Shown: positions 33,266 to 46,914, counted from the first letter of the stretch. The stretch: DNA of 64,000 bases from Rhodospirillales bacterium (GCA_038143065.1 JAYQLI010000035.1:192001-256000); one strand, 5' to 3'. A program made the numbers and translations. The notes: generated by a model not told the origin, from the letters alone.

Positions 33266-33392
33266 AAAAAAAAAAAACGATGGTAACGTGGACCAGGATG
33301 GTTTTTTAATCGCTTAGCGATGACCGTGAAGCCAAATTTTGTTTTACATAGCTGATCTGGATTGAGAGCACCAAGCAAGGGTTCGCCTTGGA

Positions 33393-35033
33393 TTATTTGA
33401 GCTTTTGAAGAAATTCGATCAAAGTTTTTCTCATCGCGGGATCCGGAATGCCACTGTATGCCATAGAAGTGCCAGGTACTGCTGTTCCGGGTGATTCAAG
33501 AAATTTGTCCAGTTTGCTAGGAGTCCAATTCCCATTGCTACTGTTCAGAGCAGGTGAATATTTAAAGTTTGATTGACTGCCAATGCGGCGCCCTACAATT
33601 CTCCATAGTGAGAGTTGGCCTTGTTGGGTTTTGCCTGGGTTGAAGATATGACAGGCATTACAATCTTCTACAATTTGCTTTACCGGATCAGCAAGTTGAG
33701 CCGTCAATAGATCTGCTTGGGAAGGCGCTTCCAGCCTTTTTATGTAAATTAATTTTCCCGTATCAGTCCATAGAACTATGGTTCCGTTTCTAAGCTGAAT
33801 TATGTCTCTTATTCGCTCTCCAATGGGTATTGGAGAAGCGTACATAGGTCGATTGCCGTCAAGGCGGATACGGTAAAGCGTTTCTCCTTTAAGACTGGAA
33901 ACTAATAAGTCGCCGTCCCAAAGCGGAGCAAAATTAGTGACCTCAATCAGGTTACTAATCCCTATCGATGGCAGAAAAGCCCAACGTGGTTTTCTAAATT
34001 CGTGATGTCTACCTTCTACTTGCCAATCGCAGCCATTGCAGTCTTTACCTAGCGTCACCTTCGGCCAACCATAATCGACGCCTGAAAAAATTTGATTGAT
34101 TTCATCACCACCTGTAGGCCCATGCTCAGTCAGCCAAATTTCGCCATTTCGTCTCAGCACTAGGCCTTGAGGATTGCGGTGACCAATCGTGTAATTTTTT
34201 GAATTTGTCTGGAGTTAACATCAATAAGATGTGTTTTCCCATAGGTATTATTTAGGTCGGCTGTGGTAATGCTGCGCTTATCTCCATCATTTTTGAAGTC
34301 ACCGACCGTTACAAGGACCTTACCGTTACTAAGTTCAACCATCCTTCCACCAGCCTGGTGACCTGCAAATGGCTTGTTTTTTTGTGGTCCAAGCTTAAGG
34401 CATGGAGTTGTTTTAAATATTTCTTGCCATTCGCCGACGGTAGGAAGGTCTTTGTTTTGCTGCAAGGTTGCAATTGAAAATATTAATTCAGCACAAGCGC
34501 TCTCATCATTCCAGTGGGTATAAGAAGCCATAACTCGGTTCGTGTCTTCAAGAAAAAGCAAATCGTGGACACGCATTCCAAGGCCAGCATAGCCTACATT
34601 GGTACCTGGCTTAACGGCATACCCACGTGCTCTGGCCTCGCGCTCAAAACCCTCCTGATTAATGTCTATGAAGATATCCGTTTGTTGTAGGCCTGGCTGA
34701 TCATTTTCAGCTTCATTTAAGAAAAAATCGTCCACTTCTTTCAGCTATTAAAATACCTTTTGCAATTTCTGCTATTGCTCCACCCCCGCTTTTTAGGCCC
34801 TGTCCCATTGCTGCCAATGCCATATCGCGGCGGGAGAGGGTGTAGAAATTTGTTTCAATTGAGTTTTTGGAAACAATTGACTGTGTTTTTGTTATTATTG
34901 GGTTGTATTTGACTAAAGAACGAAGTTTTTCAGGAGTTATCATTCCTGAATGCAGCGCTATGAAAAGGGCTACCAAAGCTAGAACAGCGAATGCACCGAT
35001 TGCACTGGTGGCATATAACAGCCTCTTTGCCAA
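33393..35033 (-). CDS. Membrane-anchored PQQ-dependent sugar dehydrogenase (GSDH family) fused to C-terminal cytochrome c; split into three ORFs
   Basis: N-terminal TM helix; GHQAGGRM, EHGPTGGDEIN, YGWP; CNACH heme motif, YSPAL, PGTSMAY. Confidence 0.8.
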
Positions 35034-35223
35034 ATTAAGTGCCCTTTCGTATTTTATCGTTGAGCATCAAGGCAGTGCGGGGGATGCCAACGAGTTGTTT
35101 AATGATTTTTATATACAGTTCGAGTAATTAGACAAAAATTTTGTCTCGTAGATAGTAGGACATGCTTCTACTAAAAGTTGTTTGATCTTTTTGTGCATTT
35201 AGTGGAGTTACCAGACCATTTAA

Positions 35224-36103
35224 CTAAACTGGCCGTGTTCCTTTTACCACCGTTCGGTGCAGAATACGCGGATGAAGGCTCATATCATAATTCCTGTCGG
35301 CTCTATGCAGCAGGACACGATTATCCCAAAGGGTTAGATCACCTTTCTTCCATCGATGGCGGTATACAAAACGATCTGCCGTAGCTCTTGTCAGTAGTTT
35401 ATCAAGCCAAATTCGACCTTTTTCGTGATTTTGATTCTTAATGTGGCTTATGTGGGTTCCCAACACAACGACTTCTTCCCATTCTCGTGCGTGCGAACGA
35501 GAGGATGGGACACTGGGGGTCGTTCCTTTTTCTGTTCCTCAGTGGCTGGTCGATTGCCAGTGTTGCGTCGGCTGGCCTCCCATGAATGTATGGCGTGCAT
35601 GCTAGAAGCCTGATCTTTTTCGGAGGATGACAGCGATTCATACGCCAATAGCATATTGGCGAAGAGGGTATCTCCACCGTCGGGAGGAAGTTGTATTGCG
35701 TGGAGCATTGTAAGTAATGACGGAATGGCATGATAAGATTTATCGGTATGCCAAAAATAATTGCCATCACTAGCTGGTTTTAACGTAGGTTTCCCAGTGA
35801 CCTCATCAAGATTTGTAACCGTGTGTACCAAAGGGTAGCGTTCGCCGGATTTTAGCTCACCAACATGCCCTTCAATCTCACCAAAATTAAGGGTGAAATT
35901 GTATTGAGCTTCCTTAGTCAGGTCTTGGTTTCGAAAACATAGGACATGAAATTCTTCCATTGCATGCAGGATACCAGCTCTTAGCTCTGGTGATAGAGCC
36001 TTTGAAAGGTCAAGTCCTTCAATTTCTGCACCTGCAACATTAGACAGTCGAGTGATTTTGAATGGGATGTAACAGATGATAGGTTCAAGTTTTCTTCATT
36101 CAT
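35224..36103 (-). CDS. TauD/TfdA family Fe/2OG dioxygenase; frameshifted
   Basis: GAEIEGLDL, WHTDKSY, GGDTLFAN, HPLVRTH, WDNRVLLHRA, RILHR. Confidence 0.88.
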
Positions 36104-36214
36104 TTCCAGCACTCTAAAAATTTATTTATACTAGTAGTGCTTGTTTGAGCTTCACAATAGTGGCGATCCCTCTTATCAAATCTCTCAATAAAAATTTTTG
36201 ATTAACACAAATAA

Positions 36215-37253
<1,039 letters not shown>

Positions 37254-37254
<1 letters not shown>

Positions 37255-38421
37255 TGGTGATTCCGTACGGTCGGCAGGATATTCGGCAAGAGGATTTGTC
37301 GGCCGTTCTCGAGGTGCTGCAATCAGATTTTCTGACTCAAGGCCCTACAGTGCCTCGGTTTGAAGAAGCTGTAGCTTCATATTGCAATGCGCGTCGGTCT
37401 CTTGCAATGAACAGCGCTACATCCGCTTTGCATATTTCGCTTTTAGCGTTAGGTGTTGGTCCTGGCGATTGGGTATGGACATCCCCGAATACCTTTGTTG
37501 CGTCATCAAATGCTGCACTATATTGCGGCGCTAGTGTTGATTTTGTGGATATCGACCCTGATACCTTCAATATGTCAGTCAGTATTTTGGAGAATAGACT
37601 GGCTGAAGCTCAGAAAAATGGAAAGCTGCCCAAGGTAGTAGTGCCAGTCCACCTGGCAGGGCAATCTTGCGACATGCTCGGTATCCATAAATTAGCTAAA
37701 CGTTATGGTTTTAAGATTGTCGAAGATGCCTCTCACGCTATCGGAGGACAATATTTAGGACTTCCAATTGGTAACTGCATATACAGCGATATAACAGTAT
37801 TTAGTTTTCATCCTGTTAAAATCATTACTTCAGCCGAAGGTGGAATGGCGTTAACTAATGATGATGCCTTAGCAGATAAAATGAATTTACTTAGAAGCCA
37901 TGGAATCACTCGAGATCCTGCTCTGATGTCTCATAGCCCAGATGGTCCATGGTACTATCAGCAAGTTGCCTTGGGATATAATTATCGGATGTCAGACCTG
38001 CACGCGGCACTTGGTTTGAGTCAAATGGCGCGGCTTAATGAGTATGTAGACAAGCGGCATAAGATAGCGGATTTGTATAATAAGGAATTAGAGACTTTGC
38101 CGTTGGAGCTTCCGTTCCAAGAAAGCTATAGCCGTTCTTCATACCATCTTTACATCATTCGATTGCAACGGGATAAAATTGCTCCACTGACCCATAACCA
38201 GGTTTTTGAAAAGTTTGCGAGATCAAGGTATTTTAGTGAACATTCATTATATTCCTGTGCATATGCAGCCTCAATATCGCGCAATGGGTTTCAAGTGGGG
38301 GGATTTTCCTAATGCTGAAGCCTACTATCGATCGGCTATTTCTTTACCGATGTTTCCAACCCTCAACGAGACAGACCAAAAATATGTTATTAGTAGTCTT
38401 CAAGAAATTTTAAAAAATTGA
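37254..38421 (+). CDS. pseC: UDP-4-amino-4,6-dideoxy-N-acetyl-beta-L-altrosamine transaminase; frameshift near 38210
   Basis: IPYGRQ, LTQGP, NSATSALH, FSFHPVKIIT.AEGG, GYNYRM; TGATG overlap with pseB. Confidence 0.92.
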
Positions 38422-38515
38422 GAATTCTATCTAACGTAACAAGAAATCTTAATAAATTTTATGCTTATTCGGCGCGTTAAATAAAAATAATGGACAGTTT
38501 TCTTGAAAAGTATTC

Positions 38516-39829
38516 TCACGGATGTATGTGAAATTGGCCGTCGCCGATTTTATGTACTTTGGGCATCGATACCTCATCAAGCATCGAGGTCAGGGTTTGA
38601 AGTCGCGCTTCTACGTCACTGTTTTCAATTGGAGGAAAAATTCTCTTTTGAAATTTGCTGGGCCTCCATTTGCGACGGAACATAAATCCAGGTTTCCAGT
38701 CTGATAGTTCTTTCGGGGGAGTTTGTGTCAAAGCGAGTGAGACACAAAGTTTGCAATCCTTTCAGCAGCTAACTGGCCAGATTGAGCTGCAAAAAAATTT
38801 CTCAAACACTTTACGCGTATCTTTATTGGAAAGATTGCTATCTCCTCCTGATATAATCACCCTTGCAGCCTCGATAACCTGGTCTTCGCTTTTGGCGCTT
38901 ACGCTTAACGCACTAGACAGAAAGTATGTGTGCATAGAAGAAGGTGAAGTTTCGAAACATATTGCAGGTTGCCCGAGAGCAAACGCTTCCGTAGCAGTGG
39001 TACAACTCGTGTGGACCAGTACTTCAGATGCGGTTAGCCAAGCTGCGGCTGGACCTTCCCTAATTATCTTAATTCGTGGCAAGCCTTGCAGTTCTTGTAA
39101 ATAAGGCTCAATTTTTCCGTTGGATGGGGGCGCAAGACAATAGTATGTTCTGGAAACTCTATTGCTAGCCTTCGAGCTAGATGGGGCGCTGCGGAAAAGT
39201 TAGCCTCTTCGAAAGATTGAAGATCATTAACAAATTTTCGGTCTTCTTCAATTTTTAAGTTTATGCGTCCATCCCGGCTAAGTGCACGTATAAGTCCCGT
39301 CGCGGTATTTTTTGCCGAATTTACAAGGCCAATATTGGTATTGATTAATATTATTCGACCATGTTCGGACCTGATTTTTGCAGCGTCGTCTGCATATAAT
39401 TTCCGTAACTCAGGACGTAGGAAATCCCAACGTGGGTTGCCTGTTATGTGAAGTTTTTCTTGATGATTGGGATAAGATCAATCATGGACGAAACATGCTG
39501 ATCGCCGAGGCAGAATATAGCCTCAGAAGCTTCAACGGACCTTTTATCTACCCATCTTAGTCTCTTGCAACCTTCCCTAATCCAGGCATCTCTTCATCAA
39601 TCGCGCCAATTCTGTGGCCTAACTTTTTAATTCTGTGCATTGCCTTAGCATCGCCAGGCGTCAACGTTTTAAAAATCCAGAAACCTTAGGCAGCCAGCGC
39701 GCATTCTTCTGGAGCAACCATTTTTGGCCAATTATAACTTCTAATCCCGCCTTGTTAGCGAACAGTGTTATCAGCAACCTAGAATCCAGCTCGAGAGGCT
39801 ATTTCCATAGGCATATAGAGAAAGTTCAT
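38516..39829 (-). CDS. Surface carbohydrate biosynthesis protein (LIC13510/TIGR04396-like); heavily frameshifted
   Basis: Stitched by eye: MNFLYMPMEIASRELDSRLL..IIGQ..IDEE..TGNPRWDFLR..ILINTN..VLRPHPTE..HTSCTTATEA. Confidence 0.72.
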
Positions 39830-39929
39830 TGAAATCCTTTTGGATCGTATAGAAGTTCAGGTCTGCAGTTTTGTTGGTAAGAGCCGCGTTGAGTTTGTTA
39901 GATAGATGCCACTTTTTTTTTAAAAAGTA

Positions 39930-40334
39930 TTAAGCGTCCCCAATTCTCTCCCAGAACATTTCTCGATGCTCTAAAATTCCATCCTTCTCTCGTGGAGGGG
40001 GTTCGAGCACTAGAAGCTTACCATCCATCCTTACTTTCCGAATTTGGTCAGTGCCAAATCGGTTTGGATCAGAGCAAGCGTCCACTCGTGTCACTAAGGT
40101 GCTGCCATCAAAGGAAAAGGTGCCACAGTAAGAAGTGTATTCCCTCTCTCCTGTACCCGGTATTTCCGAACGGCTATCACACAGAACAGATACCATCCTT
40201 CCGTCTTTGCGGAGCGCTAGTAAAGCCATTGCGCCCCTCCCCCATAAGGAGGAGGTCTCAGGTTGCCCGAAGGGTCCTTTGTTATACCCTTAATCAAACG
40301 CCAGGTTCCATATACCTCGGTTTTTTTCAATCAT
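39930..40334 (-). CDS. Lipocalin-like domain protein (Lipocalin_5-like); frameshifted at N-terminus
   Basis: GTWRL near the start, DGRM, YTSYCGTF, GTDQIR, FWER. Confidence 0.75.
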
Positions 40335-40652
40335 CTCTGCTACCCTAATATTCCTAAGATTAGATCATCTATCTGGTAAAAAGCTAAGCAACTAAATTAC
40401 AAAGAATGCTTGGAAGTGTTTTTATCAAGGTCTTTTTCGGTTTATAGACTTTCTAATTTATGGTTGGGTTGAAAAACGTATTGTGACGGTACCATAAATT
40501 TCTAAAAGTTGACTATTAAGCGGCATGGTGTTTTTTATTTTTTGTTGACCCTGAAAGTGTTCATATTCTTGCAGCTACATTTATCCCATTTTTGGGATAT
40601 CAATGGAAAATAGCTTCTAAATATCGAATATTCTTTACTTGAGAGCCATTGG

Positions 40653-41339
40653 ATGAAGCCTGTTTGTATAATTCCTGCTCGGGGTGGTTCAAAACGAATA
40701 CCGAGAAAGAATATAACTCCATTTCATGGTCGTCCCATGATCGGTTGGTCTATTAGTGCCGCACTTGAAGCGGAAATTTTTGCTCGGATTATTGTTTCCA
40801 CTGACGACGAAGAGATTGCAGAAATTGCTCTTCGTGAAGGAGCGGAGGTTCCGTTCCTGCGCCCTACTTCTTTATCGGATGATTTGACTCCCACTGTTCC
40901 TGTAATTGCCCATGCGATACAAGCACTTTCAATTACAGAAGATGTGGCAGTTTGTTGTCTTTATGCTACTGCCCTTTCGCAATTATAGAAGATATACGTG
41001 CTGGCGTATTCGCTTTTAGATGGTAAAGGTTACGTAGTCTCTGTTACTAGTTACCCCTTTCCAATCCAGCGGGCTTTGCGCAAAAGCAGTGTTGGACAAA
41101 TCGAGATGCTGCATCCTCATCATATGACAACCCGATCTCAAGACTTGGAAGAGATGTGGCATGATGCGGGCCAGTTTTACTGGGCATCTGCGTCTACTTG
41201 GTCAGAAGGTAGGCCAATATTTGGAGCTGGAACAAAAGGATTAGAACTTCCTAGATTTAGAGTGCAAGACATAGACTCATGGGAAGATTGGAAGCGAGCG
41301 GAAGTTTTATTCTCAGCTATCAAGAACCCAGGAGGATAA
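40653..41339 (+). CDS. pseF: Pseudaminic acid cytidylyltransferase; frameshift near 40980
   Basis: IPARGGSKRIPRKNI, VSTDDEEIA, CCLYATA, RSQDLEE.WHDAGQFYW, VQDID. Confidence 0.92.
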
Positions 41340-41495
41340 ATATTCTTTATTTGCTCAATAAAAGTTCAGCTGCATTAACGTTATTTAGGTACAATCAACC
41401 CTAAAGGGCAGCAAGAAAAGAGCAGGTTCGGCTTGTACGCAAAAAATGCATACACAACTATGAGTGCAGCGTATAAGTTAATGTTTGAAAAAGTT

Positions 41496-42544
41496 TTAGT
41501 TTGTATCCAGTACCGAAAAAGATACTGGTTCGCCAAATTTTACGTCCGTTGTTAATTTCATTCCTAAAACAGTGTCTAAGTACTTTGGTGGCAAGCCGTA
41601 ACCTGGCCTGATGCGTCGGATATCGGAATTTGTGATTACATGACCTTTGCTGAGATTTTTTCACAAAATATAGAGAGCGTCGGAATACCATATTTTGCTT
41701 TTCTGAGGAGGCGCGGTTTAAACCAGCTTGTCCTTTAGCAGTCCAAGCTTGATTGCACTCATTAACCAAATTCTTGAGTTCATCTTCAGTTAAAGAGAAA
41801 CTAGCATCTGGACCGCATTCCAGCTCATCGAGTTTGAAATGTTTTTCGATGGCAACAGCCCCTAACCCAATTGCTGTTAGGCAGCAGCAATGTTGTTGGT
41901 AGTGTGATCTGACAATCCAACCTGGACATTAAATGTATCCCTCAGCCAACTAATATTTTGTAAATTAGACTCTTCGGTAATAGTTGGATAACTACTGATA
42001 CAATGGAATAACAATAACTCAGCGTCTGTAACCTCGCGAACTACATCAACTGCTTGCTGTACTTCCTCTTTTGATGCCATGCCGGTAGACATTAATATGG
42101 GTTTATTTTTCTTTGCGATGTATCTGATCAGAGGAAGGTCAATGATTTCAAAAGAGGCTATTTTATAAGCGGGAGTATTAAGTGACTCGAGCAGGTCTAC
42201 TGCCGTTTCATCAAACGGCGTGGAGAAAATTGTTATCCCATGCTCGGATGCGGTTTTGAATAAATCCTCGTGCCACTCAAAAGGTGTATGAGCTTCTGTA
42301 TATAAATCATAGAGGGAACGATTAGCCCAAAGTCCTTCTTTTTCACTAAAAAATCAGGTAGTGCGCAGTTAAGAGTCATCGTGTCTGGCGTGTAGGTTTG
42401 AATCTTGACGGCTGAGGCACCAGATTTTGCGGCTACTTTGATAGAGTTTTTTGCTCTATCCAAATCCCCGCCGTGGTTAGCTGATAATTCGGCGATAATA
42501 TATGGCTTATTGTCCCTATTAATAACTCTATTATTTATTTTCAT
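41496..42544 (-). CDS. pseI: Pseudaminic acid synthase; several frameshifts
   Basis: IIAELSANHGG, KIQTYTPDTMT, AYKIASFE, STGMA, GLSDHT, EKHF, FRRSLY, IRPGYGLPP. Confidence 0.9.
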
Positions 42545-42547
42545 TTA

Positions 42548-42985
42548 ACGACTCGAGATTTGATGCTCTAGTTTAAAACTAATTTGAGTTGCGGAATTTG
42601 TAATTCCTTGAATATCTCAATCAGTTTTTGGTTTTTTGATGACACGTTTAGATAAAGTAGCTTGGTATTTCAGAAGGTATTGGAGGACGCGGGGAAAAAT
42701 TTAGATTTATGAAATCAATGCATTCTTTAACGAGTATTATATTCGGATTTTCGACATTTAGTCCGATTGAGTTATCATTTTTGATATAAAGAGTTCCTAA
42801 GTATTTGTTTTCTAACCTGATTAAGAACCACGCAAGATAGGAATGGTTTTTTACAAACAAGGTATGATCGTCAAACGATGGTAAATTTACATGGCTGATA
42901 GAATGTTCTCTTGTTTTTAACAAATCATAAAAAGGATTTGGATTTGATCTTCGGTGCCATGGATGGACTCAAATTTGTAGGTCAT
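42548..42985 (-). CDS. GNAT-like protein (possible PseH-type N-acyltransferase); frameshifted, end approximate
   Basis: LKTREHSISH..LPSFDDHTLFV..Y.AWFLI..LGTLYI.NDNSIG; directly upstream of pseI. Confidence 0.5.
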
Positions 42986-42989
42986 GATG

Positions 42990-43634
42990 TTAACTGAGTT
43001 TTCGTTCTATCTTTAAAATATATTCAGCTCCATCGTATTCAAAAAATGCGGGCCAGTCTGAATTGTTACAAACTCTATTTTAGCAAGTTGAACTGTTCTC
43101 TTATAGATTTATCGAAATCCAAGCGCGAGTCATCTGGTTTTCTCCTCCTGTAAAACGATGGGCAGCCTAATTCTGTTTTATTGCTTCACAGTTCGGATAT
43201 TTTTCCAGAAATTGAGAAATCAAATCGAAAGTAGCTGCCGCTTGTTTTAGATCTCAACTCCTCATAAAGCTCCTTACCATCGAGCTGAATATTGCTTCGT
43301 AGATAAACATTCCCTTCATCAACCTTTTCTGCAACTTCAAGCAAACAAATTGGAATTGTGTTTTTACCCTCCAATATCTGCCATTGCATTGGAGCAAATC
43401 CACGGCCTTCAGGTAAGTTGGCTAGAATGAACAACTAAAAGAAGTTTATTTAATTTAGAATTTCACCCTTTAATATCCTTGTGTAACCAAGAACAAATAC
43501 TAAATCAAAATCCCGGACATCTTCTTCTTCATAGCATTTTTTAATATGAAATTTATGATTTGTATTGAGATGTGCAGGAAAGTGGTTGCAATCCAATTAT
43601 TTTTTTTATCAAATAAAAAAGCTATTTTTATCAT
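42990..43634 (-). CDS. Formyltransferase (Fmt-fold, sugar N-formyltransferase-like); frameshifted
   Basis: FVLGYTRIL, VVH, LPEGRGFAPMQWQILEG, EKVDEG, FYRRRKPDDS, QFNLL, WPAFF. Confidence 0.8.
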
Positions 43635-43692
43635 GAAATCATTCCCTTTGTGTAAAGGCAATATCAATCAATTCGGGAGTCGTCAGCGGTCC

Positions 43693-43784
43693 TGGCGGAG
43701 GGAGAGGGATTCTGAACCCTCGATACGCTATTAACGTATACACGCTTTCCAAGCGTGCGCCTTCAGCCGCTCGGCCACCCCTCC
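43693..43784 (-). tRNA. tRNA-Ser (GGA)
   Basis: GGAGGGGTGGCCGAGCGGCTGAAGGCGCACGC-TTGGAAA-GCGTG, long variable arm, encoded CCA end; one extra base in the T-loop. Confidence 0.95.
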
Positions 43785-43802
43785 TAGTCCGTATTAAACG
43801 GA

Positions 43803-43876
<74 letters not shown>

Positions 43877-43913
43877 TTAATAGGTCTTCGACTTCGATGA
43901 ATTTAGTCGGAGA

Positions 43914-43948
43914 GCGCGGAACATGCCAAAGGCGTTTGTTTTACGCAA
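43914..43948 (-). promoter_or_regulatory. Stable-RNA-type sigma70 promoter for tRNA-Thr/tRNA-Ser
   Basis: TTGCGT-17 nt-CATGTT followed by GC-rich discriminator CCGCGC. Confidence 0.6.
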
Positions 43949-43964
43949 GTACCTCAATATTCAA

Positions 43965-45143
43965 TTATTCTTTTCCAAGCGCGGCATAAAGACCGCGTTC
44001 GAATGAATCATATACTTGCAATATTTCAGGATCAGCAAAGGGTAATAATTGAAAGAAAATGCTGCCAGCTATCCCGCTGGCTCTATCAACCCAGAAGTAG
44101 CTATTACGTAGTCCAGCCCATGACAAAGAGCCCGCCCGTCTTCGACCTTCTAGGTCCTGCTGGTTAATCATAAAGGATAAACCCCACTTTTTTGTTACTT
44201 CTGGAAAGAAGTCAAATGCGTTCGTTAATTCTGGGCGCGTAGTGGGTAACCCAGTCATAACGAGATCACCGATGTGATTTTTGCACATCAAATCAATGGT
44301 TTGAGGTTTTAGAATTTGAATTCCGTCTAAAGAACCGTTGTTAAGGAGCATACGCATAAAGCGGCCGTAATCTTCCGCCGATCCAAACATTCCTCCCCCG
44401 CCAGTATATGCAGCGCCTGCTATTCGTGGGTGCTCAAAGTCAACGGGCTGTATAGTTCTATCTTGGGTGCGTTGGTGAACGCCAACCATTCGTGAGCGCT
44501 GAGCATCAGTTGGTACAAAGCCTGTTGATGTCATTTCTAGGGGGTTCAAGACATTCTCTTGAAGATAGGCATCGAGAGTTTGTCCTGTTACAGCCTCTAA
44601 TACTTTACCAGCCCAATCTATATTTATTCCATATTCCCAGCGCTCTCCTGGATCAAAACCCAATGGTGGGCAGGAGTCAGGATTGTTATAAAAATTGCTC
44701 CTACCAATACCGGTGGAAAGCATCCATTGGTTCATGCCCGAGTTCCACTGCTCATAAACAAACCCAGCAGTGTGCGTTAAAAGGCGCCTTAAAGTTATCT
44801 TACCGTTAGCTGGCCGCGTAACTGCTTTTCCATCCTTATCAAAATTAACGAGGACTTTTGGATCAGCTAACGCGGGCACAAAAGCTCCACAGTCATCATC
44901 CAAGTCAATGGCACCCTGCTCCACAAGTTGCATACACCCTGTACCGGTGATTGCCTTAGTCATTGAATGAAGTTGAAAAATGGCATCAGCACGGATTTCA
45001 TCATTGCGATCAATTCTTGTAGGGCCAAACGCGCCTGTGTAAATCACTTCATTTTGATCGACTGCAATTGCAGCGACAGGCGGTACCTGGCCACTTTCGA
45101 CAGCTTCTGAAAGAATCGTATCAAGCGAATTAGAAATACTCAT
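43965..45143 (-). CDS. Serine hydrolase, beta-lactamase class C-like esterase
   Basis: SMTK, LLTHTAG, PGERWEYG, WAGL. Confidence 0.88.
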   Translation of the reverse strand: MSISNSLDTILSEAVESGQVPPVAAIAVDQNEVIYTGAFGPTRIDRNDEIRADAIFQLHSMTKAITGTGCMQLVEQGAIDLDDDCGAFVPALADPKVLVNFDKDGKAVTRPANGKITLRRLLTHTAGFVYEQWNSGMNQWMLSTGIGRSNFYNNPDSCPPLGFDPGERWEYGINIDWAGKVLEAVTGQTLDAYLQENVLNPLEMTSTGFVPTDAQRSRMVGVHQRTQDRTIQPVDFEHPRIAGAAYTGGGGMFGSAEDYGRFMRMLLNNGSLDGIQILKPQTIDLMCKNHIGDLVMTGLPTTRPELTNAFDFFPEVTKKWGLSFMINQQDLEGRRRAGSLSWAGLRNSYFWVDRASGIAGSIFFQLLPFADPEILQVYDSFERGLYAALGKE

Positions 45144-46770
45144 ATTATTGCGGGCTCCGGTGCTTCGCGACCCAACATCATATCGGCTGCCTTCTCCGCT
45201 ATCATCAATGTGGAGGCGTTCGTATTTGCGGAAGGCATTGTGGGCATGACTGAAGCATCCACGACGCGTAGGCCAGCCAGGCCGTGTACTCGAAGTTCGT
45301 CATCAACTACCGCTGTGGGGTCATTAGTTGGGCCCATTCGGCATGTACCCATCAGATGAAAAGCTGTGGTTCCAATTCCGCGAGCAAAATCAAGAATTTC
45401 ATCATCTGATTGAACCTGGTTGCCGGGTTTATCTTCGCGGACAACATATTTTCCAAGCTCTGGGGTATGAAGTAATCGGCGAGCGAGTTTGACGCCACCA
45501 ATTATGCATTGCTGATCGATTTCATGTTTAAGATAGTTTGGTTGCAGTTCTGGTTTTTCAAAAGGATCTGAAGAACGGGCATGGACGTAACCTAAACTTT
45601 CGGGACGCTGCTGCCAGGCAGCAACCGTAACGCCAGGAAAATCGTCTAATTTTGATTGGACGCCTTCTTTATAGCTTGCTGGAGTAAATGTTAGCTGAAG
45701 ATCTCCTGCATCGAGGGCTTCGTTAGACTTCCAAAAGCAGTGAGCAAGGGTAGGGGAAAGGCCCAGAATTCCCTTCCGAGTAGCTGCATATTTTAATGCC
45801 TCATAAACTACATTGAGGCCACGTACTCTTTCGTTAACAGTTTTAACGTTTACTTCACCAACAAGGCGAGCAGGATAGTGATCACGAAGGTTTTCACCCA
45901 CACCCTTCAGTGAGTGGTGTACTTCAATCCCTCGTGACTGGAGGAAATCTGGTGCACCAATGCCAGATAGTTGGAGTAGTTGGGGGGAGTTTACCGTTCC
46001 GCCACACAACACAACTTCTTTTGTTGCTCGGACCTCTCGAGCTTTTCCTCCACGACCTCCTTTTGAATATGCAACTCCAACAGCTTTATTGCCTTCGAAG
46101 AGAATTTTTGTCGTATGCGCGTTCGTCCTAATATCAAGATTGCCAGTCTTTTTTACTGCTGGATGTAAAAAACCTCTCGCTGCAGACATTCTTCTGCCAT
46201 TTAGAATGGCTCGCTGGAAGTAACCAACTCCCTCTTGTGACGAGCCGTTGTAATCAGGGTTTTTGGGATGCCTAGGCCGACTGCACCCTCAATGAAGGCC
46301 TCGCACAAGGGATCACGCCAGTCGATATCTGTTACCGTTAGTCCGCCATCTCTGCCCCGAAACGTATCATCGCCACCACCAATACGCTTCTCTGTCCGAC
46401 GGAAGTACGGGAGGATATCTGAATACCCCCAACCCCGGTTGCCCATTTGTGCCCAGCCATCAAAATCAGCACGCTGACCCCTGATATATATGTGGCCATT
46501 AATTGATGATGATCCACCAAGCGTTTTTCCCCGCGGTGCGTGTACTCGACGGCCGTTGGTACCCTCGCTTGGTTCGCTCTCATACATCCAATTTACGCGG
46601 GGATTTACTAAAGTGTACATAAACCCTGCTGGTATATGACTGAACGGATGTAAATCTCTGGGACCGGCTTCTAGAACACAGACCTTTTGTCCTGCTTCTG
46701 CTAGCCGAGCAGAAAGGACGGAGCCAGCTGAACCTGCCCCTACGATTACGTAATCGAAAAGGTCTGACAT
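45140..46770 (-). CDS. GMC family oxidoreductase (choline dehydrogenase-like); frameshift near 46260
   Basis: VGAGSAG, PRGKTLGGSSSING, NSPQLLQLSGIG, HLMGTCRMG, SANTNA. Confidence 0.9.
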
Positions 46771-46914
46771 GTTGGAAACCTCTTTAATTTATCAATTAAT
46801 TTCTGGGTAATATTCCCAAAAAGAATAATTAATAAATCATTATTTAAAACAACTCATTGGTGGAAAATTCATTTCAAGGCTGAGTGAAAAAAGTAGAATT
46901 TCTTGTAACTGAAA

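Noticed and set aside
33264-33391. A14 run and short hairpins between convergent genes
   Set aside because: Non-coding; homopolymer length is unreliable and the 5-6 bp stems are too weak to call a terminator
43693-43784. Unusual 8-nt T-loop (TTCAGAAT) in tRNA-Ser
   Set aside because: A single extra base in an indel-rich assembly; probably an error
43965-45143. Beta-lactam resistance gene
   Set aside because: No signal peptide; esterase-type features; overlaps a GMC oxidoreductase, suggesting a metabolic role
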